From NCBI GenBank assembly GCA_002787695.1, contig PCXL01000013.1:31168-95167 (forward strand): a DNA stretch of 64,000 nt. The letters run 5' to 3'. The translations under genes and the position numbers were made by a program. The stretch is from Candidatus Zambryskibacteria bacterium CG10_big_fil_rev_8_21_14_0_10_42_12. GTDB taxonomy: Bacteria > Patescibacteriota > Minisyncoccia > Phycocordibacterales > 1-14-0-10-42-12. This document shows positions 1 through 9,731 of the stretch, in pieces (the stretch's first letter is position 1; each line of letters begins with the position of its first letter). Under the pieces are notes generated by a model that worked only from the letters and a program-made list of their open reading frames with translations, ran no database searches and had not been told where the DNA came from.

Positions 1-132
1 ACACACATGATTGTACTTGGTGCTGAAGAACTTAAAAATGAGAAGTTCACAATCAAGAACCTAGATACCCGAGAAGAGCAAGAATTTTCGTTTGGCGCTA
101 TCTCAGAACAGGTTGCGTTTATCCTTAAGTAA
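1..132 (+). CDS. hisS: Histidyl-tRNA synthetase, C-terminal anticodon-binding fragment (5' end lies outside the window)
   Basis: Frame 1 reads ...MIVLGAEELKNEKFTIKNLDTREEQEFSFGAISEQVAFILK* to a stop at 130-132. The pattern matches the class II aaRS HisRS C-terminal tail (VIGEDEL..G.V.VKNL..GEQ...). Confidence 0.45.
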   Translation, partial: THMIVLGAEELKNEKFTIKNLDTREEQEFSFGAISEQVAFILK

Positions 133-142
133 AAAATACTTC

Positions 143-718
143 ATGAGTATCGTTGTTTTTGATATTGAAACCAGAAATACATTCCAAGAAAAAGGCACCA
201 ATAATCCAGCAGATCTGGATATTTCTATTGTTGGTGTATATGACTCTGCAACTGATACATACACGAGTTATGCCGAAGAGGAATTTAAAGACATGTGGCC
301 TATTTTTGAGCATGCACGCACTATTGTCGGATTCAACTCTGAACACTTTGATCTCCCTCTGCTCGACAAGTACTATCATGGAGATTTATATCAGATAAAA
401 CATGTAGACATCCTCAAAGAGATTCACTCACAATTTGGTCGCAGAATGAAACTCGACCAGCTCGCCGAAGGGACACTTGGTATTAAAAAATCAGGTCACG
501 GACTCGAAGCCATCAAATGGTGGCGTGAAGGTGCCATCGATAAGATCAGGAACTATTGTCTTGATGACGTCAAAATAACTAAAGAAATTTTTGATTACGC
601 CAAAGCAAACAATGTATTGAAGTTTAAAGAAGGTGGACGTGTTATGGATATCAAGCTAGACACTAAACATTGGGATAAAGTTGAGGATGCCGGAATGACT
701 GCTTCCCTACCTTTCTAA
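143..718 (+). CDS. Standalone DEDDy 3'-5' exonuclease related to the family-B DNA polymerase exonuclease domain (COG3298-like)
   Basis: Exo I motif FDIETRN, Exo II motif GFNSEHFDLPLL, Exo III motif YCLDDV. The likely start is the internal ATG (MSIVVFDIE) rather than 92, because 92-132 overlaps the hisS tail. Confidence 0.6.
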   Translation: MSIVVFDIETRNTFQEKGTNNPADLDISIVGVYDSATDTYTSYAEEEFKDMWPIFEHARTIVGFNSEHFDLPLLDKYYHGDLYQIKHVDILKEIHSQFGRRMKLDQLAEGTLGIKKSGHGLEAIKWWREGAIDKIRNYCLDDVKITKEIFDYAKANNVLKFKEGGRVMDIKLDTKHWDKVEDAGMTASLPF

Positions 719-739
719 ATATGACAAAGGAGACAGATT

Positions 740-1147
740 TCACCTATCTCCTTGCATCAACCTTTTGCTCTGAAAAATGATTTCCAAAGCCCAATCAAAC
801 AATAGAGCACACCGGCTACAATGCTCTATGTGATCCATCTGTAAATTGTAAGGTCCGACACTTCCGACACTGACGATCTCCTTCTCTAAGTAAGAATCCA
901 CCCTAACGAGTGCGTGTTGATAAATTCCGTGCATATCAAAACACACGAACTTACCATTGAAGATAATGCCTGCTACTGTTTTGCATTCACTGATTTTTGA
1001 ATGGATAGCCCTTTTCTTTTTTCGCTTACAATACAGACATTCTTGAGTGTGCTTCCTATACAAATGCAGTTTAGCTTCAGTATGTTCAGTACGAGGGTCG
1101 AAGAGTTCCAGGAAACTCCTTCTGTCTAGACAGCTCATGTGACTCAA
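740..1147 (-). CDS. Hypothetical Cys/His-rich protein (zinc-ribbon or HNH-like)
   Basis: 135 aa with CLYC...H...HCSRC spacing. No confident family assignment. Confidence 0.3.
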   Translation of the reverse strand: MSHMSCLDRRSFLELFDPRTEHTEAKLHLYRKHTQECLYCKRKKKRAIHSKISECKTVAGIIFNGKFVCFDMHGIYQHALVRVDSYLEKEIVSVGSVGPYNLQMDHIEHCSRCALLFDWALEIIFQSKRLMQGDR

Positions 1148-1261
1148 TCCTCCCTAATCCTCAGAGATATTTACATCAATACACAAAAATGTCAACTCAG
1201 ATCAAAACAGCAATTCATTATTAAAGGCGAGCATCGGAGTGCTAACGCTCGCCTTTCCTCC

Positions 1262-1600
1262 CTATTTTCCTTTTGGCCAGATGCCTCCGCCATTATGTGC
1301 GAAAACATGGCATTTCATACCTTCTTTGAACTGGCCTGCGGTAACCCTGACAGCGACTCCATTCATTCCGCACCCTGAAAGGGTCAATACTTCCTCATCC
1401 GGATTACCGCTTTTTTTTACTGACAAAACAACATAATTGCCTACCAGTAATTCCTCAGGCTCCAGAGGCCTAAGAATGACACTGTCTCTGCCTCTGCGAT
1501 ATCCTACACGATAAGATATTGCGCAGAGACCACATACCGCAACCACAAGCATAAACCAAAGGATTGCTTCTAGCATCAGTGGGGGACCTCCTGTTTCCAT
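1262..1600 (-). CDS. NfeD-like membrane protein (OB-fold, C-terminal domain)
   Basis: N-terminal TM helix followed by a short beta-rich domain, as in short NfeD homologs. Confidence 0.4.
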   Translation of the reverse strand: METGGPPLMLEAILWFMLVVAVCGLCAISYRVGYRRGRDSVILRPLEPEELLVGNYVVLSVKKSGNPDEEVLTLSGCGMNGVAVRVTAGQFKEGMKCHVFAHNGGGIWPKGK

Positions 1601-1636
1601 AGAAGTAATTACACTATTGGAGACGTCCTGTCAAAA

Positions 1637-2449
1637 TTAAAAAATAAAAATTAGTAGTAGAGCTAAAACAACTCGATACCACACAAAAGGCATAAGTGTG
1701 TGTCCTTTTAAGAACTTTACGAGAAAATGAATCGCCCACAGACCTGATATAAATGCAGCACATGCTCCAATGATTATCGGAACATTAAACACGAACGCGT
1801 TATCACCTAAAAAAACCTCTACAATCCCGGCTCCGAGAATAATTGGTATAGAAAGTAAAAAACTAAATCTCACCGCATCATCTCGGGTAAATCCAAGTAT
1901 AAGTCCTCCAGAAATCGTAGAGCCCGATCTGGATATGCCAGGTATCAGGGCTAATGCCTGAAAACAACCCACGAAAAATCCTCTCTTCCCTGTGATTTCT
2001 TTATTTCTTTTTGAAACTTTTTCCGCAACAACAAAAAGAATACTCCCCATAATAAGTGCTATCGAAACCGATATAGTGCTTCTAAATGCACCTTCAATAG
2101 TCGACGCAAACAGTGCCCCCAAAAGCCCCGCTGGTATTGTTCCAATCACAAGAGCAACTATCAGATTCCTTTCTCGATGAAGCACGTCTTGTCTCATCAT
2201 CATTCTTTTAAAAACATCAACTACATGTATAATATCTTTCTTGAAATACACCACAACAGCCAAAAGGGTTGCCAAATGTAACATTACGTCAAATGAAAGG
2301 TTATGTATGGTTGTGCCGAAAAATTCATGGAGAAGAACCAAATGTCCCGATGAAGAGACGGGTAAAAATTCTGTAAGACCTTGCACAACACCGAATATAA
2401 CTGCTTCAAAAATCGTCATAGAAATAACAATAGCATGAAAAAACGTCAA
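1637..2449 (-). CDS. uppP: Undecaprenyl-diphosphate phosphatase
   Basis: LTEFLPVSSSGHL motif and a polytopic membrane protein of about 270 aa. Confidence 0.9.
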   Translation of the reverse strand: MTFFHAIVISMTIFEAVIFGVVQGLTEFLPVSSSGHLVLLHEFFGTTIHNLSFDVMLHLATLLAVVVYFKKDIIHVVDVFKRMMMRQDVLHRERNLIVALVIGTIPAGLLGALFASTIEGAFRSTISVSIALIMGSILFVVAEKVSKRNKEITGKRGFFVGCFQALALIPGISRSGSTISGGLILGFTRDDAVRFSFLLSIPIILGAGIVEVFLGDNAFVFNVPIIIGACAAFISGLWAIHFLVKFLKGHTLMPFVWYRVVLALLLIFIF

Positions 2450-2501
2450 TGGTAGAAAAAGCTTCTTCCTTTTGTTAGACTTGTATTCGTATTAATAAAT
2501 T

Positions 2502-3206
2502 ATGCGTATGGATAAAAATCTTTATATTCCCCTTGCAATTCTTGTAGCTGGTGGCCTCGTGGCCGGAGCTCTCTTTATGTCTCGTGGAGACAAACCTGCC
2601 GATACCGGTAGCCTTACTGGGACAGAAACTAATGCTAGCCTCGACAACGTACGTCCTATTGACGAGACTGACCACATTCTCGGAAATCCAGATGCCGACA
2701 TTATTATCGTTGAATACTCTGATACGGAATGCCCGTTCTGTAAGCAATTTCACAACACCATGCATCAGATCATGGATCAGTATGGGGCAGATGGAAAAGT
2801 GGCATGGGTATACCGACACTTCCCTATCCCACAACTTCACCCAAATGCACCCAAACAAGCAGAAGCGCTTGAGTGTGCAGCACGCATCGGTGGCAACGAC
2901 GCATTCTGGAAATATACAGACCGCGTATATGAAATAACTCCTTCAAACAATGGACTTGATATGGCACTCCTCCCACAAATTGCCGCAGAGATCGGACTTG
3001 ATAAAGTTGCATTCGAAGGGTGTCTTAACAACGGCACGACGAAAGAAAGAGTTGATGCTGACGCACTTAACGCAGTTGAAGTCGGAGGACGCGGAACACC
3101 AACAAGCGTACTCATCACAAAGAGTGGCAAGAAAGCACTCATCCCAGGAGCATATCCGTACCAGAACATGGTAACGATTATTGAGGAAGCATTGGATCAG
3201 ATCTAA
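2502..3206 (+). CDS. dsbA: Membrane-anchored DsbA/BdbD-like thiol:disulfide oxidoreductase
   Basis: N-terminal TM anchor, ECPFCKQFH CxxC active site, thioredoxin fold length. Confidence 0.8.
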   Translation: MRMDKNLYIPLAILVAGGLVAGALFMSRGDKPADTGSLTGTETNASLDNVRPIDETDHILGNPDADIIIVEYSDTECPFCKQFHNTMHQIMDQYGADGKVAWVYRHFPIPQLHPNAPKQAEALECAARIGGNDAFWKYTDRVYEITPSNNGLDMALLPQIAAEIGLDKVAFEGCLNNGTTKERVDADALNAVEVGGRGTPTSVLITKSGKKALIPGAYPYQNMVTIIEEALDQI

Positions 3207-3245
3207 CAGATCAGGTACTAGGTTTTAGGTGCTAGGTATTAGGTA

Positions 3246-3276
3246 AACAAAACCACCTCTCGGTGGTTTTGTTTTA
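3246..3276 (+). terminator. Rho-independent terminator after dsbA (an A-run on the other side makes it potentially bidirectional)
   Basis: caaaaccacc-tctc-ggtggttttg followed by tttt. Confidence 0.6.
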
Positions 3277-3329
3277 TAAATTAATCAGGCCCCGACGACA
3301 TTGCGTCGTCGGGGCCCCGATGTTTTCGT

Positions 3330-3437
3330 CTACTTCGTTGGCGCATACCTCCTTGCGAGAACGATCCGTGCCTCAATCTCGGATCGAAGTGCAGGGTCGG
3401 TTGCGCGTTGCAGCGCCTGTTCAAGCGTTTCGAGCAT
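3330..3437 (-). CDS. Small GC-rich ORF (35 aa, MLETLEQALQRATDPALRSEIEARIVLARRYAPTK) with a GAGGAG SD
   Basis: ATG at 3437 with GAGGAG about 11 nt upstream. It lies in a GC-rich block and is followed by a 12-bp GC hairpin at 3288-3316. Below the ORF-track length cutoff. Confidence 0.2.
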   Translation of the reverse strand: MLETLEQALQRATDPALRSEIEARIVLARRYAPTK

Positions 3438-3548
3438 CTTCTGAACAACTCCTCTAAAGAAGAACAATATCAAAATATGATTAAAAGTCCATAGAATATC
3501 CAATCTAGACTGTGAATTGCTTCTATAATTTTCCCTCCTTTTCTTCTT

Positions 3549-6542
3549 TCATCTTTCCATCAGGTTTCTTAACGCACAATATTCACAATCTGTTTTCTCA
3601 CACCGTTTATCCCAGAATGACAGTGATAATACGTCATCCTTCATGTTCTTTATAATTTCTTTCAAATCTTCCACATCCTCATCGGCCACAGTAAATGTTT
3701 CCTTTTTGTATTTACCACTCTTTGGATCAGGCTCCACAAAATCAATATGTCCGGCAACCATTTCGTAATACCCTTCTTTAAAAAGAGAGAGGAGAAGTTT
3801 GTAAAAGACGAGTTGTCTCCAGATACCACCTTCAGAATCCTTTGTCTCACCCAATATAAAGTTTCTCGTTTTAGGTTTGCCGGTTTTATAGTCGACAACA
3901 TTCACTTCTCGTTCACCAAGAAACTCTAATTTATCGAGCTTGCCGGTAAGCACAATATGTTCTGCTAGTTCCACACCACGTATAGAAAATTCAGTCAGCG
4001 TATTCGTAACCCAACGACCACTATACTCGTCATACCAACCTGAAAGTGCGTCACGACCACGATCTGTATAGAGTTTCACATCTGCATCTGAGAGTGAGTG
4101 ACTAGCGAGTCTCTCTTCAAATAAGTCGAGAAACTGCTCTTTAGAAATAGATTCATCAAGTCTGAGTCTTTTAAACAAATGCTCAAGCGTATCGTGTACC
4201 GCTGTACCATACATCAGATGTGTCGCAACTGGTTCAGGTAGCCGAATCAAATTGCGATAAAAATATTTCCACGGACACTCAAGATAGTTATTGAGTGCTG
4301 TTACCGATAGTGGTTGCTTGAGAAATAACTCTTTTACAAATGCCTCGTCTTTCAAGCTTCCCTTTTTTGTTTTTTGTATAGACAAGAGCTCTCCACGTCG
4401 CGCTTCAAATTCAGCTTCAATATCTCTGGTGTCCATAACAGACAGTAACGACTCACCAATCTCTCCTATAAATTGACTCGGCAATTGTTCCCTACCCTCG
4501 TCATTTTCTCGTGCATACAATAGTGTTGCAGTTTTTTTCGCTCGCGTAATAGCAACATAAAACAGTCTTCGCTCATCATCGTTGTCGTCTTGGGTAAGTT
4601 GCTTATTTTTTTGTTCGAAAAGTTTATAGACTTCCGGCAATAATTTCAAAGTCTCGATACGTCGTTTGTTACCCCATTTACCATCATGTGTATATGCTAC
4701 GTATACACAATCAAATTCAAGCCCTTTGGATCTGTGCGCTGTCATGAGACGTACATATCCTTCTCTACCACCGTTCTTCTTTCGTTTGATGTAGAGATTG
4801 TGTTCTTTAACCGTTTTCAAATATGAAAACAGATCACTGAGTTCCGCTCCAGGATTCGTTTGCATAATTGCACGGAGTTCTTCAAAAAAACCGTCTATCG
4901 CATCGAGCTTATCCTGTGCATCAGATGATGAAAGAATTTCTTGTAAGAGCCCTGATTCTCGAAGAATCTCTTCAAAGAGTGTCACCAAATCAACATTGTG
5001 ACTACGCTTCACAAATCTAACGAGTTTATTGTATGCATCATAGAGCGCGTCACTGTTGTACAACGGTACATCTTTGAGCATTTTTTTATCACCAAGCACA
5101 TCAAACAGATTGTACTTTCGCTTTGCACTTGCTTCACGAATAACCCTAAAGACGTCTAGCGGATCGATATCGAAGATGTCGAGATGAAGATATTCACCGA
5201 GCGCTCTATCGTCACCAAAATTCTCTATTGCACGTCCGATAATCAATAACTTGCGTACAACATCGTGCGCAAACACATCCTGATCCGACTCGATCTGAAA
5301 TGGCACACCAGCCTTTTCTAACGTGTCCGCAATTAAAAATGCATCCTTATTATCCCTGTACAGTACTGCGATTTCGTGCGGCAATACACCGCCCGTAATA
5401 CATCGCTTAATATCTTGTGCCAAAAAATAATTAAGAGCCTGTGTTTTAGAAAATGAATACAATTCAATAGGTTTCGCCTCATATGGAGCGCGAGCTACAA
5501 GGGGCACCCTTGTAGTAATAAGGCTGTGCGCAGAATCTAGAATAGTTTGTGTTGAACGATAGTTCTCTTTGAGGGTTATGAGCTTTGCTTCTGGATATAA
5601 ATGCTTGAAGTAATAAAAGTTCTCTAAACTCGCACCCTGAAAACGAAAGATAGATTGTTTCTCATCACCCACCACAAAAAGGTTTGGTCTCGGAGCAAAA
5701 TGTGAAGCCAAAAGTTCTAGGATTTTATTTTGCGCATTGTTGGTATCCTGGTGTTCATCGACCAAAATATACTGATATTCTTCCTGAAGACGCAAGAGTA
5801 AATCCTCGTTTTTACGAAGTGCGCGGAGTACCTCCATGATCATGTCGTTATAATCGTAGAGTTTTTTCTCGCGTAGCTTTTCCTGATACGCAACATATAG
5901 CTGTGCCAGCTCTTCGTTTTTATTGATCTGTTTTTCGAGGTCCTTGTACTCACCTTTCATTTTACCCTTATGAGCACCTTTTTCGTGATACAGATCAGGA
6001 ATTTCAGCAAAATCTTTTTTTGTTTTTAACACAATATGCTGAAACTCTTCCGGAGCAACACCCTCACGTTTGAGTTCACTTATTGCACTGTTCACCCCGC
6101 GCACATAATAGAGTGTATCTCCAAATGGTTTTAAAAGAGTTACCTCAGATTCAATGATTATTTCTTCAACAAGAGAAATCTGATCAATGTCAGTAATACT
6201 GCGAGAACCAATAATATGTGGGAACTCTTCGGGGTAAGACTTGATAACATTATTCGCGAACGTGTGAAAAGTACTAATAGTCACTTCATATGCACGTGAT
6301 CCAATGAGTTGCGAAAGACGCTTTCGCATGTTTGTAACACCTGCTTCAGTAAAGGTAAGGGCCAAAATACTTTCAGGTGCCGTATCTGTCTGTTTAAGGA
6401 TGTTTGCTATGCGAAGTGAGAGAATCTGCGTCTTTCCGGTTCCTGGCCCCGCCACAACCATCACAGGCCCTTCTATGGCGTCTACAGCCTCTTTTTGCTC
6501 TTTGTTTAGCCGTTTATACTCAGTTTCAAACGTCATAAACAC
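3549..6542 (-). CDS. UvrD/PcrA-family helicase fused to a C-terminal Cas4/AddB-type PD-(D/E)XK nuclease with a 4-Cys cluster
   Basis: N-terminal Walker A GPGTGKT and DEHQDTN Walker B. C-terminal CPWKYFYRNL ... VDYKTGK ... C-x5-C-x2-C arrangement typical of Fe-S RecB/Cas4 nucleases. Confidence 0.85.
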   Translation of the reverse strand: MFMTFETEYKRLNKEQKEAVDAIEGPVMVVAGPGTGKTQILSLRIANILKQTDTAPESILALTFTEAGVTNMRKRLSQLIGSRAYEVTISTFHTFANNVIKSYPEEFPHIIGSRSITDIDQISLVEEIIIESEVTLLKPFGDTLYYVRGVNSAISELKREGVAPEEFQHIVLKTKKDFAEIPDLYHEKGAHKGKMKGEYKDLEKQINKNEELAQLYVAYQEKLREKKLYDYNDMIMEVLRALRKNEDLLLRLQEEYQYILVDEHQDTNNAQNKILELLASHFAPRPNLFVVGDEKQSIFRFQGASLENFYYFKHLYPEAKLITLKENYRSTQTILDSAHSLITTRVPLVARAPYEAKPIELYSFSKTQALNYFLAQDIKRCITGGVLPHEIAVLYRDNKDAFLIADTLEKAGVPFQIESDQDVFAHDVVRKLLIIGRAIENFGDDRALGEYLHLDIFDIDPLDVFRVIREASAKRKYNLFDVLGDKKMLKDVPLYNSDALYDAYNKLVRFVKRSHNVDLVTLFEEILRESGLLQEILSSSDAQDKLDAIDGFFEELRAIMQTNPGAELSDLFSYLKTVKEHNLYIKRKKNGGREGYVRLMTAHRSKGLEFDCVYVAYTHDGKWGNKRRIETLKLLPEVYKLFEQKNKQLTQDDNDDERRLFYVAITRAKKTATLLYARENDEGREQLPSQFIGEIGESLLSVMDTRDIEAEFEARRGELLSIQKTKKGSLKDEAFVKELFLKQPLSVTALNNYLECPWKYFYRNLIRLPEPVATHLMYGTAVHDTLEHLFKRLRLDESISKEQFLDLFEERLASHSLSDADVKLYTDRGRDALSGWYDEYSGRWVTNTLTEFSIRGVELAEHIVLTGKLDKLEFLGEREVNVVDYKTGKPKTRNFILGETKDSEGGIWRQLVFYKLLLSLFKEGYYEMVAGHIDFVEPDPKSGKYKKETFTVADEDVEDLKEIIKNMKDDVLSLSFWDKRCEKTDCEYCALRNLMER

Positions 6543-6582
6543 AGTATATAGTACTTAGTACTTGGTAACTAGACTGCCATAA

Positions 6583-6621
6583 AAAAACTGAAAGGGGTGC
6601 AATGCTTTGCATTGCACCCCT
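6583..6621 (-). terminator. Hairpin terminator downstream of rpoD
   Basis: aaaggggtgcaatgc-ttt-gcattgcacccctttc, a near-perfect 15-bp stem flanked by A and T runs. Confidence 0.6.
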
Positions 6622-6670
6622 TTCTATCGCATCAACTATTAACTAAAGACTGTTGACGATTGACTGTATC

Positions 6671-7984
6671 TTAGTAGTAACTCCTCAGTCTCTCTACCTT
6701 CTCGTTATTCCTCAGTTTTTCAAGCGCCTTGGCTTCAATCTGTCGGATACGTTCGCGAGTAACACCAAATTTCTTCCCCACTTCTTCAAGTGTATGAGTA
6801 ATGCCATCAACCATGCCGTAACGAAGTTCTAGGATTTCGCGCTCTTTTTCAGGCAGCGAATCAAGCAACTCTTTCACTTGATCTCCTACAATTCTGCGCG
6901 ATACTTCTTGATCTGGCGAGAGAATCTTATCATCTGCCAAAAAGTCTCCGAGCTGACTCTTGTCCTCTTCTTCACCAACTGGACTTTCAAGTGACACCGT
7001 TCCTTGGTCAATTTTTTCAATCTGATATACCTTGTCAGTATCAAGACCCATTTCTAGTGCAATTTCTTCTGGCATCGGATCTCGTCCAAGGTCTTGCGAG
7101 AGTCTTCGGACAACTTGCTTATATTTTGCAATTGTTTCTACCATGTGTACCGGCACACGAATGGTACGTGACTGATCGGCAAGTGCGCGAGTAATCGCCT
7201 GACGAATCCACCATGTTGCATAGGTTGAGAATTTATACCCCTTGGTCCAATCAAACTTTTCAACTGCTTTAAAGAGACCGATATTCCCTTCTTGAATAAG
7301 GTCAAGGAGTGTCAGATCTGGACTTCGTCCAACATATTTTTTTGCGATAGAAACTACCAGACGCAGGTTTGCACGAGCAAGCAAATTTTTCGCTTCGTCA
7401 TCTCCCTTTTCGATACGTTTCGCGAGTTCTTTTTCTTCAGCACCTGAGATCAGAGTATGCTGACCAATTTCTCTAAGGTACATCTGGATTGAATCATGTG
7501 TACTTTCTCCTTCATACACCTTGTCGGAAGCATCGCTATCGCCACCCACACTCAACAGCCCTCCTCCTTCAAGGACATCGATCCCCGACGTAGAAAAACG
7601 TTCGTACAGTTCCTCGAGAAATACAATATCCTCTTCAATCGTAGGAAATTGTTTCAAAATCTCATCATAGGTGATGAAGCCACGATCCTTACCTTTGACA
7701 ATCAGCAAGTTAGCTTTTGTCTCAATTTCTTTAGCCTTTTTGGAAAGCTTTGGTTCCTTAACTGCTTTCTTTTTAGGTAGAGCTTTAGCAGCAGTTTTCT
7801 TTGCAACTTTCTTTGGGGCAATTTTTTTAACCATCTTTTTGCGTTCTTTGATGATTTTCTTTGCCGGCTTTCGTGCAACCTTCTTTACGACCTTCTTAGG
7901 CGTCGTCTTTTTAGCAGCTTTTTTCTTGGAAGCAGTTTTCTTTGGTGCAGTTTTTTTAGTAGCCGTTTTCTTTTTTGGAGCCAT
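6671..7984 (-). CDS. rpoD: RNA polymerase primary sigma factor (sigma-70) with a histone-H1-like lysine/alanine-rich N-terminal extension
   Basis: [24 protein letters not shown] in region 2, conserved regions 3 and 4. The N-terminal ~90 aa consist of KK(T/A/V)A(P/A)KK repeats. Confidence 0.9.
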   Translation of the reverse strand: MAPKKKTATKKTAPKKTASKKKAAKKTTPKKVVKKVARKPAKKIIKERKKMVKKIAPKKVAKKTAAKALPKKKAVKEPKLSKKAKEIETKANLLIVKGKDRGFITYDEILKQFPTIEEDIVFLEELYERFSTSGIDVLEGGGLLSVGGDSDASDKVYEGESTHDSIQMYLREIGQHTLISGAEEKELAKRIEKGDDEAKNLLARANLRLVVSIAKKYVGRSPDLTLLDLIQEGNIGLFKAVEKFDWTKGYKFSTYATWWIRQAITRALADQSRTIRVPVHMVETIAKYKQVVRRLSQDLGRDPMPEEIALEMGLDTDKVYQIEKIDQGTVSLESPVGEEEDKSQLGDFLADDKILSPDQEVSRRIVGDQVKELLDSLPEKEREILELRYGMVDGITHTLEEVGKKFGVTRERIRQIEAKALEKLRNNEKVERLRSYY

Positions 7985-7993
7985 TATATGTTC

Positions 7994-9682
7994 TTAATGC
8001 TTAGTTTTTAATATATCAATTTCTTTACTTATTTGAATTCTTTGCTGTGGATCACGTGTGACTTCATATTGTGTACGCAATGCTTCTTTATGAAACTCAT
8101 TTAATAAATCATCCACTATATGTTGAAACTCTTTATCTGATACATGGTTATAAAACTTTTCTGCCTCAAAGGCACTTCCTTCATCGTGCGCTTTTTCTAT
8201 AAAATTATTTTTTTCTTCCTCTCCAAATGGAGTCAGGATGCGCGCAATATGTTGTTGTATATATGTAACTATTTCCTGCTTATCTTTTTCTGGCGTAAGC
8301 CATGATTCGATACCGTATAGCTGTCGAAGAATTTTTATAAATCGACTCGCTTCAGTCCCTTGAAACTCTACACTATGTGGAGATGCACGCCCATTCTCTT
8401 TTGCATCTTCGATAAACCCCTTCTGTTCAATTCTTTGCAAATCATTCCATAACGCTTCTCTTGAGACACTCAACATGCGAGAAAGTTCCTGAATAAAATG
8501 ATCCTTAAGTGATTCACTCTCAAGAAAATGAACGAGAGGTAAAACATTTTTTGTTATAAGAGACACTCGCCTCTCTAACTTTGGCTCTACCTCGAGCACC
8601 ATCCTCGCTGCAACAAAAATGGCATGGTCGGCTTTCTGCAACACCTCCTTGAGCGCATCAGGGTCACGCTGCGCCATGTCTGCCGGATCAACTCCTTCTG
8701 GCATACGTGCAATCTTTGTTTCAATACCGACACCGAGCGCAATCTGAGCTGCACGCAACGACGCATCTTTTCCGGCACCATCACCATCATAAAGCAATAC
8801 GAGCTTGGGCGAAATACGCTTCAACATGCGTGCTTGCTCACTCGTAAATGCAGTACCAGAAGATGCAACAGTATTACGCAGACCTTTTTCATGGAGCATG
8901 AGCACATCCATTTGACCTTCAACTAAAATAGTATAGCCGGTTTTTCTAATCGCTTGCTTTGCCTCATACAATCCAAATAACGTACTCGATTTCTTGAATA
9001 TATGAGTTTCGGGTGAATTCACGTATTTAGGAACATCTTTTTCAGTTGAAAGAGTTCTGCCTGAAAATGCAATAACTCGTCCAGACACATCTCGTATCGG
9101 AAATAGAAGACGATTGCGAAAGAGATCAATTACACGTTTTCCTTCGATATCTCTGATAAGGCCAGCATCTTTCATTTCCTTCGCGGTAAACTTCTGCGTG
9201 AGCAGAACATCGTAGAGAGCACGCCAATCATCTTTTGCATATCCAATTCTCCAGTCTGTAATTGCTTTGTCACTCAATCCTCTACCCTTTGCATATTGAA
9301 CAACATGATCATGTTCTGAAAGCCATTCTGTAAACATATCAGTCGCTGCTTCCATAACATCATAGATCCGTGCGATTTCGTCTCGCTTCCCACTATCTCT
9401 ATTCCCAGTCAGTTCGACTCCTACTCTCTCTGCGAGTAGTTTCAATGATCCAACAAAATCAAGACTTTCGTATTGTTCGATAAAACTAATAACATCGCCT
9501 TTTGCACCGCATCCAAAGCAATAGTAATTCTGCCGTTCTGGAGACACAAAGAATGAAGGTGTCTTTTCGTTGTGAAAAGGACAATTACCTTTAAAACTTT
9601 GTCCTGCTTTAGACAATTCAATATACGAAGAAATTATATCTACAATATCCGCTTTTTCTTTGACGCGAAGAATATCGTTCAT
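7994..9682 (-). CDS. dnaG: DNA primase
   Basis: CHC2 zinc finger CPFHNEKTPSF...CFGCGAKGD and a TOPRIM region (EGQMDVLML, LYDGDGAG). Confidence 0.9.
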   Translation of the reverse strand: MNDILRVKEKADIVDIISSYIELSKAGQSFKGNCPFHNEKTPSFFVSPERQNYYCFGCGAKGDVISFIEQYESLDFVGSLKLLAERVGVELTGNRDSGKRDEIARIYDVMEAATDMFTEWLSEHDHVVQYAKGRGLSDKAITDWRIGYAKDDWRALYDVLLTQKFTAKEMKDAGLIRDIEGKRVIDLFRNRLLFPIRDVSGRVIAFSGRTLSTEKDVPKYVNSPETHIFKKSSTLFGLYEAKQAIRKTGYTILVEGQMDVLMLHEKGLRNTVASSGTAFTSEQARMLKRISPKLVLLYDGDGAGKDASLRAAQIALGVGIETKIARMPEGVDPADMAQRDPDALKEVLQKADHAIFVAARMVLEVEPKLERRVSLITKNVLPLVHFLESESLKDHFIQELSRMLSVSREALWNDLQRIEQKGFIEDAKENGRASPHSVEFQGTEASRFIKILRQLYGIESWLTPEKDKQEIVTYIQQHIARILTPFGEEEKNNFIEKAHDEGSAFEAEKFYNHVSDKEFQHIVDDLLNEFHKEALRTQYEVTRDPQQRIQISKEIDILKTKH

Positions 9683-9731
9683 ATATTGATCGTTTTACAA
9701 ACAACCACACACAGGAGCAAGAAACGAAACA

